This document shows positions 26,896 to 35,519 of a DNA stretch of 64,000 nt, in pieces. Origin of the DNA: Kaistella sp. (GTDB lineage Bacteria; Bacteroidota; Bacteroidia; Flavobacteriales; Weeksellaceae). The stretch spans positions 2,485 to 66,484 of the forward strand of contig JAHRWY010000265.1 in assembly GCA_019104935.1 (NCBI GenBank). The letters are read 5' to 3'. The position numbers and the translations under genes are program-made. How positions within the stretch are numbered: position 1 is the first letter of the stretch; the number at the start of each line of letters is the position of its first letter. The notes beneath the pieces are model-generated. The model searched no databases. It was not told the origin of the DNA and was given only the letters and a program-made list of their open reading frames with translations.

Positions 26896-27276
26896 ATGAA
26901 AAACCCCATATTTTTTGTACTTTTTATAATCCTTTTTTCCTGTGGGAAAGATGAGGTACAAACTGCTCCTGTGGAAAAGAAGATTGTTACTGTTCCTTAT
27001 GATACCACAGCCGTAGATTCTTTTTCGGTGGGTGCAACTTCCGTGGATGTGGCCAGGCGGATAAAAATTTCGTCGCTAAAATATCAGGATTCTCTGAAAA
27101 AAACAGCGCTTAAATTGGAAGAAGAAAAATTGCTGAATAAAGCCAAAGAAGAAAAGGAAAAAGCCGAAAACAAACTGGCTGAAGAAAAGAAAAAACTGGA
27201 TGCTGAGAAGGCTAAAAGAGAAAAACAGAATGCTCCAACAGAAAATCAACCTTCTGAAACACCAAATCAACCATAA
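26896..27276 (+). CDS. coiled-coil lipoprotein
   Basis: ILFSC lipobox followed by GKDE; E/K-rich helix. Confidence 0.75.
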   Translation: MKNPIFFVLFIILFSCGKDEVQTAPVEKKIVTVPYDTTAVDSFSVGATSVDVARRIKISSLKYQDSLKKTALKLEEEKLLNKAKEEKEKAENKLAEEKKKLDAEKAKREKQNAPTENQPSETPNQP

Positions 27277-27312
27277 TTTTCTTTAAATTTAAACCTTACA
27301 AATCACCCAATT

Positions 27313-27654
27313 ATGAAAAAATATTTTTTAACCGCAGCAGTATTCTCATTAATGTTGATGAGCTGCAAACAATCGGAAACAAAGGTTGAAACTACCGAGA
27401 ATCCGGACGGCAGCGTTACCACCACAACTATAGAAAAAGAAGAAACAACCGCTTTAGATTCTGCAACGATCAATGCAACCGTAGATAAAGCGAAAGAAAA
27501 GCTTAATGCCGCAGGCGAAAAAATTGATGAGGCTGCCGAACAAGCAGGAGCACACCTCAAAAAAGCCGGTGAAGATGTAAAAGACGCAGCTGCGAAAGGC
27601 GCTGAAAAAGTAGAAGATGGCGCCGAAAAAGTAAAAGAAGACCTGAAAAAATAG
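27313..27654 (+). CDS. small lipoprotein with LEA-like 11-mer repeats
   Basis: LMSC lipobox; AGEKIDEAAEQ / AGAHLKKAGED / ...AEKVEDG-AEKVKED. Confidence 0.8.
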   Translation: MKKYFLTAAVFSLMLMSCKQSETKVETTENPDGSVTTTTIEKEETTALDSATINATVDKAKEKLNAAGEKIDEAAEQAGAHLKKAGEDVKDAAAKGAEKVEDGAEKVKEDLKK

Positions 27655-27656
27655 AC

Positions 27657-27682
27657 AAAATCCGCTGAATACAGCGGATTTT
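27657..27682. terminator. bidirectional terminator
   Basis: aaaatccgctg-aata-cagcggatttt. Confidence 0.8.
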
Positions 27683-29197
27683 TTATTGGTTCATTTGCAG
27701 CAAAGGTTCTATATATTCTCTGTCGTTGCTTAACCGCGGAACTTTGTTCTGTCCGCCAAGTTTTCCGCGGGACGACATCCAGTTATAAAAAAGCTGAGGT
27801 TTTGCGATATGCACGATCGGCTTTTTTAAGGTCATATTATTATAACGTTTGGCTTCGTAGTCGGAGTTTACAGATTTCAGGTAATTATCGAAAACTTCCG
27901 TGAAGCGCTCCAGATCCTCAGGTTCCTGGGTGAATTCGAAAATCCACTCGTGTGCGCCGCTCTCGCCGTCTTTCATGAAAACGGGAGCACCGGTAAAATC
28001 TGAAACTGAAGAATTGGTTATTTCGCAGGCTTTGGCTAATGCAGTTTCTACATTGTCGATCATCAGTTCTTCACCAAATGCGTTGATGTAATGTTTTGTT
28101 CTTCCTGAAATTTTAATGCGGAATGGCTGCAGCGAGGTAAATTTTACGGTGTCGCCGATCAGATACCGCCACAACCCGCTGTTGGTGGTAATTACAACCG
28201 CATAATTTTTACCGATTTCAACTTCCTGCAATGGGATGGCCTCTAAATTATCGGGATTAAATTTATCCATCGGAATAAATTCATAGAAAATTCCGTAATC
28301 AAGCATCAAAAGCATTTCGTCACTGCCTGGCTGATCCTGAATGGCAAAAAAACCTTCGGAAGCGTTGTATATTTCGTAATAATTAATGTCTTTACCGATA
28401 ATTTTTCTGTACTGTTCTCGATAAGGTGTAAAACTGATGCCGCCATGAAAAAACACTTCAAGATTGGGCCATATTTCAGAAATCGTTTGTTTTCCTGTAT
28501 CTGCTAAGGTACGTTGCAGCAAAACCATCATCCAGCTTGGTACGCCGGTCATGCTCCCTACATCTTCATTTTTCACTTCAGAAATAATGGCTTTCAATTT
28601 ACTTTCCCATTCCGACATTAAAGAGACTTTTTTGCTTGGCGTCGTGGTAATTTCCACCCAGAATGGGAGGTTTTCAATCATAATTGCCGAGAGGTCGCCA
28701 AATTTTGTATTGAAATCTTCATACAGTTCTGAACTTCCGCCCAGTCTTAAATTCTTGTTTGAAAAGAGTGAATTTTCAGGATGATTATTCGCGTAGATGG
28801 AAAGTAAATCTTTCCCGGCCTTGAAATGGCAGTCTTCTAAACTTTCTTCAGAGATCGGAATAAATTTGCTCTTCGCATTGGTGGTTCCCGAAGATTTTGC
28901 AAACTTACGGATGTATCCGGGCCAGAAAACATCGGGTTGTCCCTGTCGGGCTCTTTCAATATAAGGTTCGAAATCTTCGTAAGTAACGATGGGAACATTT
29001 CTGCAGAAATCTTCGTAGCTGGAAATAGAACTGAAGCCGTGAATCTTCCCATAATCCGTATTCTCTGCGTGATAAAGCTGAGAGAATAAGACGCCGTTTT
29101 GCGTTTCGATAGGGTGATTTATGAAATTCTGGATCTGATCGATCCGCTGGCGGATAAACCAGTTTACAACGGTATTAAAAAGCGCTTTTGTTGCCAT
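27683..29197 (-). CDS. GH3 auxin-responsive-promoter family protein (acyl-adenylate-forming fold)
   Basis: FAKSSGTT..KSKFIP, YNASEG, GLWRYLIGD, GQNKVPRL; start set at ATG 29197. Confidence 0.9.
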   Translation of the reverse strand: MATKALFNTVVNWFIRQRIDQIQNFINHPIETQNGVLFSQLYHAENTDYGKIHGFSSISSYEDFCRNVPIVTYEDFEPYIERARQGQPDVFWPGYIRKFAKSSGTTNAKSKFIPISEESLEDCHFKAGKDLLSIYANNHPENSLFSNKNLRLGGSSELYEDFNTKFGDLSAIMIENLPFWVEITTTPSKKVSLMSEWESKLKAIISEVKNEDVGSMTGVPSWMMVLLQRTLADTGKQTISEIWPNLEVFFHGGISFTPYREQYRKIIGKDINYYEIYNASEGFFAIQDQPGSDEMLLMLDYGIFYEFIPMDKFNPDNLEAIPLQEVEIGKNYAVVITTNSGLWRYLIGDTVKFTSLQPFRIKISGRTKHYINAFGEELMIDNVETALAKACEITNSSVSDFTGAPVFMKDGESGAHEWIFEFTQEPEDLERFTEVFDNYLKSVNSDYEAKRYNNMTLKKPIVHIAKPQLFYNWMSSRGKLGGQNKVPRLSNDREYIEPLLQMNQ

Positions 29198-29202
29198 TGA
29201 TA

Positions 29203-29210
29203 CAAATATA
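29203..29210 (-). promoter_or_regulatory. -7 element 5 nt from the GH3 start codon
   Basis: TATATTTG-TATCA-ATG. Confidence 0.6.
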
Positions 29211-29233
29211 ATGAAAACCGCTTTTAGAAAAAA

Positions 29234-29268
29234 TAAAAAAAGCCGCAAAGAAAAAAAACTTTGCGGCT
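29234..29268 (-). terminator. intrinsic terminator
   Basis: agccgcaaag-a8-ctttgcggct with a preceding A run. Confidence 0.7.
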
Positions 29269-29284
29269 GTTATTTTGTGTCTGA

Positions 29285-30067
29285 TTATTGGGTTAATGTT
29301 TTTGTTCCCAAATTATTAACCTGTCCGTAAACCACTGTTACACCCGTTTGATTTTGATCAACATAAGGCGTAGTTGCATCAGCATCAAATGAAACGGTGT
29401 AAGTGTTTGCCGGCAATCCTTTAAACATGTAAAATCCGTCTGCCAGATTTGGTAATGCGGTTGCGATGGTATCGTTAGCCGGCGAAATTACATGAACCTG
29501 TGCATTGGCAGCCTGTGGAAGAACATATCCTTTGATCTGTCCATCAGTAAGTTCACTGAAAGCTCTGATTACCGGTTTCAGCGCATAAGTTCCGTTACCT
29601 CTTTTTACGATGGAACGCGCAGCATCAAAATCAATCCATACGTTGTAAGCGCCATTTTCTTCTAAGGTCTGGTTCCAGTTGAATTTCAGTCCGCTTTGCA
29701 TTGAAGAAGGTGTTTCCAATGGATAAGTAACACCATTTTTAACAACGGAATTGTTTGGTCCCAATACAAGCCTCATTTGTGTAACTGCTCCTGCGGGAAG
29801 TTCGGCTTTTGCCAAAAGAACATCCATTCCGTTTCTAAAGTCTAAAAGGTTATAGACGCCTGGAGTATTTACGCTCAGAGAATTCCATCCATTATTGGTG
29901 TTGAATTCAATTTTCTGAACGTCGATATTCACCTTGTCATAAAGTGCAGGTGCGTCGGTGAGTCTTACATTAACAGAAGCAGAGCCGCCTCCGGTCGTTG
30001 CATCATCTGTACATGATGACAGTGATAATACTGCCACGATTGCTGATAATAACTGTAATTTTTTCAT
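29285..30067 (-). CDS. DUF4382-like lipoprotein with a C-terminal carboxypeptidase-regulatory-like domain
   Basis: LSSC lipobox, VRLTDAP, YNLLDF.NG, QMRLVLG, IDFDAARS, LKPVIR. Confidence 0.8.
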   Translation of the reverse strand: MKKLQLLSAIVAVLSLSSCTDDATTGGGSASVNVRLTDAPALYDKVNIDVQKIEFNTNNGWNSLSVNTPGVYNLLDFRNGMDVLLAKAELPAGAVTQMRLVLGPNNSVVKNGVTYPLETPSSMQSGLKFNWNQTLEENGAYNVWIDFDAARSIVKRGNGTYALKPVIRAFSELTDGQIKGYVLPQAANAQVHVISPANDTIATALPNLADGFYMFKGLPANTYTVSFDADATTPYVDQNQTGVTVVYGQVNNLGTKTLTQ

Positions 30068-30108
30068 AACTTTTTATTAATTAAATGTTTTCGGTTTTTT
30101 TGACCTCT

Positions 30109-30124
30109 TCAATAACGATACCAA
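30109..30124 (-). promoter_or_regulatory. sigma54-like -24/-12 element
   Basis: Minus strand TTGGTAT-CGTTA-TTGA; no TAnnTTTG box seen for this gene. Confidence 0.45.
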
Positions 30125-30153
30125 GCTGAAAAAATTATTTTTAACCAAGGATA

Positions 30154-30186
30154 AAAAAAATCTGCACCGAAAAAATCAGTGCAGAT
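30154..30186 (-). terminator. intrinsic terminator
   Basis: atctgcaccga-aaaaa-tcagtgcagat with a preceding A run. Confidence 0.7.
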
Positions 30187-30211
30187 ATATACTTCTAATT
30201 AAACTTCTTGT

Positions 30212-30622
30212 TTAGCAGTATTCATCATAGGCAGCCTGCAGATTGGCAGCAATTGCTCCGGCAGGATTTCCTTCAATATGATGTCTTTCAAGCATGTGAA
30301 CCAACTCTCCATCTTTGAAAAGTGCAACGCACGGAGAGCTTGGTGGGAAGGGTGCTAAGAATTTTCTTGCTTCTGCTACCGCATCTTTATCGAAACCAGC
30401 AAAAACAGTGGTTAACTGATCCGGTTTTTTATCTCCTGTTAAAGAAAAAATCACCCCCGGTCTCGCTGCTCCTGCTGCGCACCCGCAAACAGAATTAATC
30501 ATCAAAAGGGTAGTACCTTCTTTTTTAATTGCGTTAGCTACTTCTTCAGGAGTGGTTAAATCCTGGAATCCTTTATCGGTAAGCTCAGCCTTCATAGGCA
30601 TTACTAATTCTTCTGGATACAT
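30212..30622 (-). CDS. BrxA/BrxB family bacilliredoxin (YphP-like)
   Basis: NSVCGCAAGAARP, TVFAG.D, PPSSP, RHHIEG. Confidence 0.92.
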   Translation of the reverse strand: MYPEELVMPMKAELTDKGFQDLTTPEEVANAIKKEGTTLLMINSVCGCAAGAARPGVIFSLTGDKKPDQLTTVFAGFDKDAVAEARKFLAPFPPSSPCVALFKDGELVHMLERHHIEGNPAGAIAANLQAAYDEYC

Positions 30623-30735
30623 ATAAAAAATTATTTATGGTTAAAATTGAGACTTTTCTCACTGCAAATTTAATGAATTTCGTGCACTAAATTTCATTCA
30701 TAATGACCATCAAAATCATTCCGAAAATCAATTTT

Positions 30736-30748
30736 TGCCTTTTTGTCA
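30736..30748. promoter_or_regulatory. TGCC-N5-GTCA palindromic site upstream of the bacilliredoxin gene
   Basis: tgcctttttgtca; the -7 box TAAATTTG is at 30665-30672 on the minus strand. Confidence 0.35.
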
Positions 30749-30749
30749 T

Positions 30750-30781
30750 AAAAAACCCGGAGCATTACATGCGCCGGGCTT
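30750..30781 (-). terminator. terminator at the end of the dcw operon
   Basis: cccggagcat-tac-atgcgccggg with an A run on the plus strand. Confidence 0.65.
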
Positions 30782-30820
30782 CAATCAAATCGATATGCAA
30801 AGGTTGAATATCCGTTGTTT

Positions 30821-31267
30821 TTAGGAAAGTAATTTCTTAGCCATTTCGGAAATGCTTTTTCCGTCGCTTTTTCCTGCAAGTGCCTTACCGGCAGCTCCCA
30901 TTACTTTTCCCAGGTCTTTGGCGCTTTGTGCACCGGTTTCGGCAATGATTTTTTTCATTTCCGTTTCTAATTCTTCCGCAGAAAGCTGCTTGGGAAGAAA
31001 TTTTTCGATCACTTTCATCTGTGCTTCTTCCACTTCTGCAAGATCAGCCCTGTTCTGTGCAGTAAACTGTTCGTAAGAATCTTTGCGCTGCTTTATCATG
31101 CGCTGTAAAATTGCAATTTCCTGTTCGGGAGAAACTTCGGCACCTTTGGCTTCAGTTTTCAATAACATGATCTGAGATTTTACGGCACGCAGAGAATCGA
31201 GTGCTACTTTGTCTTTATCTTTCATGGCGGTTTTTATCGCCTCGCTGATGGTAAGTTCCAAGCTCAT
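30821..31267 (-). CDS. GatB/YqeY domain protein
   Basis: IKTAMKDKDK, KQRKDS, FLPKQLS, DLGKVMG. Confidence 0.92.
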   Translation of the reverse strand: MSLELTISEAIKTAMKDKDKVALDSLRAVKSQIMLLKTEAKGAEVSPEQEIAILQRMIKQRKDSYEQFTAQNRADLAEVEEAQMKVIEKFLPKQLSAEELETEMKKIIAETGAQSAKDLGKVMGAAGKALAGKSDGKSISEMAKKLLS

Positions 31268-31269
31268 AA

Positions 31270-33105
31270 TTAATCTACGTCTTTGTTTAAAAATCTGTTT
31301 TCGCGAACCTGCATTCTGCCGTTGTTTTCTGCAAGAAAATTATTTATTTTCTGTTCAGAAGCATTACCGTTTTCAATGGTAATATTTTTTCTGCGGAAGG
31401 CCGGAACTGTTTCAAAATCGTTTTCAGATTCTGTCGTCTGGTATCTGGAGTTGAATTCCCGGAGTTTGTTTCTTCTTTCAATTATTTTATCATTCGGAGC
31501 GACTTTACTGATGAAGGTAAAATCATCAGAAGTTTCCAATTTTGTTGTCTGTTGTGGCTCTTCTATGGTTTGCTGCACCTTAATTTCGGTTTTCTGAACC
31601 GGCTGTTCCTTGATTTCTGCTTTAGGTTGTGGTGTCTCAACTTTCGGCTCCTCAATCGGTTCGTTTACGAAAAAACTGAATTCCATTGGTTTTTCTTCAG
31701 TAAATGAAGTGTTGTTGGTCTCAGGTGCTTTTTCGGTCGGTGTATCTTCAGTTTCAAATTTGAAAGAAACGGATTCGGTCACTTCAAACTGATCTTCGAA
31801 AGAAAATAAATCCAGTTCCTGTGGCTCGTTGATGTTGAAAGTCTGATCTGATTTGGATTCTTCATTCAGGTCGAAGAAACGCATTTCGGTCGCCGTATCA
31901 TTTTCAACGGCGGTTTTTTTCTCGGCAGTTTTTGCGGAGAACTGTGGCGTCTGGAAATCGTCTTCATCATCTAAAACGAAAAGGCTCTTTCTGGCAAAAT
32001 CTTCTCTTGTAATCTCTTCTTTTTCAGCTTTTTGTTTGAAAGGAGATTCTGGTTTTGAAGGCGCCGCCATGGTATCGGTAAGAGAAAATTTAATTTTTTC
32101 TGAAGTTCCTGAATGCTTCTGGTGATCTTTCGCAAATCCTGTTGCAATAACAAGTACGCTTACTGCGTCGCCCAGTTCTTCATCGGTTCCCACCCCGAAA
32201 ATGATATCAGCAGTATTTCCTGCCTCTTTCTGGATGTGGTCCATAATCACGCCGATTTCGTCCATGGTAACTTCTTCGGAACCACTTCTGATCAAAAGAA
32301 GAACGTTTCTTGCGCCCGTGATTTTGTTATCATTCAATAACGGAGAGTCGAGTGCTTTTTTCACAGCTTCTTCGGCCTTGTTTTCGCCTGAAGCAATACC
32401 GTTCGACATTAAAGCCGTTCCTGAATTCTGCAAAACAGATTTTGCATCACGGAAGTCGATGTTTACATCAAAATATCCTGTAATTACTTCTGCCATTCCT
32501 TTTGCAGCGTTTGTCAACACTTCGTCGGCTTTAGAAAATCCTGATTTGAAACCAAGATTTCCGTATTGCTGGCGCAGTTTATCGTTGTTGATAACGATAA
32601 GGGAATCTACATTATTTCTTAGTTTTTCTAAACCTAAATCGGCTTGCTCCAGTCTTCTTTTTCCTTCAAAACTAAAAGGTACGGTAACGATTCCGACGGT
32701 AAGAATTCCCATATCTTTCGCCACTTTTGCAATCACAGGAGCTGCACCGGTACCGGTTCCGCCGCCCATTCCTGCGGTGATGAAAACCATTTTCGTATTT
32801 TGTCCCATTGAAGCTTTAATGTCTTCAATACTTTCGATAGCAGCTTTTTCACCTACTTCAGGATCTGCACCAGCGCCCAAACCTTCGGTAATCGTTACCC
32901 CAAGCTGAACCTTGTTGGAAACAGGGTTGTTATCCAAAGTCTGGGAATCGGTGTTGCAGATCACAAAATCTACCCCGTGAATCCCTCTTTCGTACATGTG
33001 CTTCAATGCGTTGTTTCCGCCGCCGCCAACTCCGATAACCTTTATAATTGATGAATTTCCCTTTGGCAAATCAAATGAGAATCCTGGTGTGTTCATATTT
33101 TCCAT
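31270..33105 (-). CDS. ftsZ: cell division protein FtsZ
   Basis: GVGGGGNNA, GGGTGTG, NIDFRD, long acidic linker, VPAFRRK. Confidence 0.98.
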   Translation of the reverse strand: MENMNTPGFSFDLPKGNSSIIKVIGVGGGGNNALKHMYERGIHGVDFVICNTDSQTLDNNPVSNKVQLGVTITEGLGAGADPEVGEKAAIESIEDIKASMGQNTKMVFITAGMGGGTGTGAAPVIAKVAKDMGILTVGIVTVPFSFEGKRRLEQADLGLEKLRNNVDSLIVINNDKLRQQYGNLGFKSGFSKADEVLTNAAKGMAEVITGYFDVNIDFRDAKSVLQNSGTALMSNGIASGENKAEEAVKKALDSPLLNDNKITGARNVLLLIRSGSEEVTMDEIGVIMDHIQKEAGNTADIIFGVGTDEELGDAVSVLVIATGFAKDHQKHSGTSEKIKFSLTDTMAAPSKPESPFKQKAEKEEITREDFARKSLFVLDDEDDFQTPQFSAKTAEKKTAVENDTATEMRFFDLNEESKSDQTFNINEPQELDLFSFEDQFEVTESVSFKFETEDTPTEKAPETNNTSFTEEKPMEFSFFVNEPIEEPKVETPQPKAEIKEQPVQKTEIKVQQTIEEPQQTTKLETSDDFTFISKVAPNDKIIERRNKLREFNSRYQTTESENDFETVPAFRRKNITIENGNASEQKINNFLAENNGRMQVRENRFLNKDVD

Positions 33106-33124
33106 AGTATTTGTATTTTTTTAG

Positions 33125-34498
33125 TTATTCAACTTCTTCAAAGAATTTTTTTACGCTTTCCATAATTTTCTGGCCAATGGTGAGTTTGTTGCGTCTTTTT
33201 TCTCCAGACTCCGCAATCACCTGTTCTTCTGTTCTGAATTCAGGAGTTTCGGTAACTTGTGCTGAAGTTTCCTCTTTTGCAGGAACTTCATTAACAACTT
33301 CTTCCGGTTCCGGCTGTTCAGGGCTGTGTTTCTTATCGCGGATTTTTAAACTTTCCATTAACAGACCTATGGAAGTTGCATATTCCGGACCTTTAAGAAA
33401 CTGGTTTTTGTCGTTGGCCACATATTCATTAGAAAACCCGATACGGCTGTCGAAACCTGTGGTATAGTTTGCCAGTTGTCTAAGGTTTTTAAGGTTGGAG
33501 CCGCCACCTGTTAAAACGATGCCTGCGATGAGTTTTTTCTTCTGCTCGAAAGCGCCATAAGCCTTCAGTTCGGTATTTACCATTTCTAAGATTTCCTCAA
33601 CCCTCGCATTTACTACATGCGCCAAAGTTTTCAGCGAAATCTCCTTATCAGGTCTGCCGTGAAGCCCTGGAATGGTAACGAATGTGCTGTCTTTTTCCAT
33701 CTCCGGCATTGCAGAGCCGAATTTTACTTTCAGTTGTTCTGCGTGTTTTTCGATGATTGAACAGCCTTCTTTAATATCATCGGTAATAATTCCGCCACCG
33801 TAAGGAATTACACAGGTATGACGAATGATATTGTCTTTGAAGATTGCGATATCAGTAGTTCCACCGCCAATGTCTACAATAGCCACACCCGCTTCTTTTT
33901 CTTCTTTAGTCAAGACAGATTCGGAAGAAGCGAGAGGTTCGAGGGTTAAGGATTCCATTTCCAGGCCAGCTTCACGAACGCATCTTGCGATATTTCTGAT
34001 GCTTCCCATTTGGCCTACAACAACGTGGAAGTTGGCTTCCAGACGTTTGCCGTGCATGCCGATGGGTTCCTGGATTTCTCCCTCAGAATCAACCTTATAT
34101 TCCTGGGGAAGAACGTGAATAATTTCCTCACCCGGAAGCATTACCAGTTTTTTAACCTGTTCTTTCAGTTTTTCGATATCGTCTTCCGTGATATACTGAT
34201 CGGGATGATCCCTCATGATATAATCTGAATGCTGTAATGACCGGATGTGTTTGCCGGCAATACCAACTGTAACTTTGTGAATGGCTACGCCTGAACTGGC
34301 TTGCGCCTCGGCTACGGCAGCTTTTATGGACTGTATGGTCTGGGAAATATTGTTCACAATTCCTTTATGAACACCCAGGCTTTTTGCCTTTCCAACGCCG
34401 AGAATCTCAATTTTACCGTGGGCATTTCTTCTACCGACAATCGCCACAATCTTTGTGGTTCCGATGTCGAGGCCTACTGAATACTCGTGATTTTTCAT
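33125..34498 (-). CDS. ftsA: cell division protein FtsA
   Basis: GLDIGTTKI, DIGGGTT, LTGGGS. Confidence 0.97.
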   Translation of the reverse strand: MKNHEYSVGLDIGTTKIVAIVGRRNAHGKIEILGVGKAKSLGVHKGIVNNISQTIQSIKAAVAEAQASSGVAIHKVTVGIAGKHIRSLQHSDYIMRDHPDQYITEDDIEKLKEQVKKLVMLPGEEIIHVLPQEYKVDSEGEIQEPIGMHGKRLEANFHVVVGQMGSIRNIARCVREAGLEMESLTLEPLASSESVLTKEEKEAGVAIVDIGGGTTDIAIFKDNIIRHTCVIPYGGGIITDDIKEGCSIIEKHAEQLKVKFGSAMPEMEKDSTFVTIPGLHGRPDKEISLKTLAHVVNARVEEILEMVNTELKAYGAFEQKKKLIAGIVLTGGGSNLKNLRQLANYTTGFDSRIGFSNEYVANDKNQFLKGPEYATSIGLLMESLKIRDKKHSPEQPEPEEVVNEVPAKEETSAQVTETPEFRTEEQVIAESGEKRRNKLTIGQKIMESVKKFFEEVE

Positions 34499-34518
34499 TG
34501 ATATGTCGATTTGATTTT

Positions 34519-35496
34519 TTACTCTATTTTAACTTTTGCTTTGGGCTTTGCAGCCGGTTTCGAAGTGGCAGTTTTAGGCTTGGAAGTCTCTTTCTTTGCC
34601 GTTGTTTTTACTTCTGTTTTGGGTTTTGAAACGCTGACTTTAGGTTTCTCCTTTGGTTTTGTTTCCGGTTTTTTGGCGGCAGGCTGCAGAGATTCCTTTT
34701 TAATTGAATTTGCTGCTGAAGGCGCTTTCGCCAATTCTTTGCTGCCCACATTCATCATACTGTCGTTTTCTTTGAAATACGGATTCAGCGTGGTAACGAT
34801 TTGGTTATCGTACTTTACCGAAATCTTTGTGTATTTCTCCGGTTCCTGGTAAACAAGGTGTTTCTCCACGAAGGTTTTAAAACCTTTAACCTTCAGATTT
34901 ATATTTTCCAGATCACCTATTTCTACCTTATAATTTCCCTGGCTGGTAAGTAAATTATAATTTTCTTTTTCTTTGGAAATACCGATGAAATATTTTTTAC
35001 TGAATTCGTCGCGGTCGATTTTGTCGACCAGTTCAGCCAGCTTTATATATTCAGATTTTTCAACGTCGCCGGTAACCAACATGCAGGGGAACGAATAATT
35101 TTTGGAGATTGGGATTTCTGTTCCCTTTCCGTCCACATAAAAGTCGTTTCCGTTTTTGTTCAGCCGGAACGCCGGGACTCTCTGCTTAATATCCAGATGC
35201 AGGTTGCCGTTCAAATTCAAATATACATTGGCACTGTCAACCGCCGGTAACTGGTTGAGTTTTTTCTCTAATTCCGGGATGTTGATGTCGCCTATTCGTT
35301 TTTCAGGATTCGATTTCTTTACGATTTCCCTGATGTCTTTTTCATCAATAAAATAAACCGGATGTTTGGTTTGGATCAGATTAACCGAAACTTTTTCCAT
35401 GGATTTATTATTGAATCTTTTCAACGAAAAACTCAGCAGAAATCCGAAAATGATTACTGTTATTAATATTTTTAATATTCTGAATTTGTTTTTCAT
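34519..35496 (-). CDS. ftsQ: cell division protein FtsQ/DivIB
   Basis: Single TM helix, POTRA-like region, position between murC and ftsA; Lys/Pro/Thr-rich tail. Confidence 0.88.
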   Translation of the reverse strand: MKNKFRILKILITVIIFGFLLSFSLKRFNNKSMEKVSVNLIQTKHPVYFIDEKDIREIVKKSNPEKRIGDINIPELEKKLNQLPAVDSANVYLNLNGNLHLDIKQRVPAFRLNKNGNDFYVDGKGTEIPISKNYSFPCMLVTGDVEKSEYIKLAELVDKIDRDEFSKKYFIGISKEKENYNLLTSQGNYKVEIGDLENINLKVKGFKTFVEKHLVYQEPEKYTKISVKYDNQIVTTLNPYFKENDSMMNVGSKELAKAPSAANSIKKESLQPAAKKPETKPKEKPKVSVSKPKTEVKTTAKKETSKPKTATSKPAAKPKAKVKIE

Positions 35497-35519
35497 TGTT
35501 TAATTGTAAACTGTTTTTT

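Noticed and set aside
32201-32908. 235-aa plus-strand ORF inside ftsZ
   Set aside because: It is an antisense shadow in codon register with a conserved gene, with no promoter or recognisable domain.
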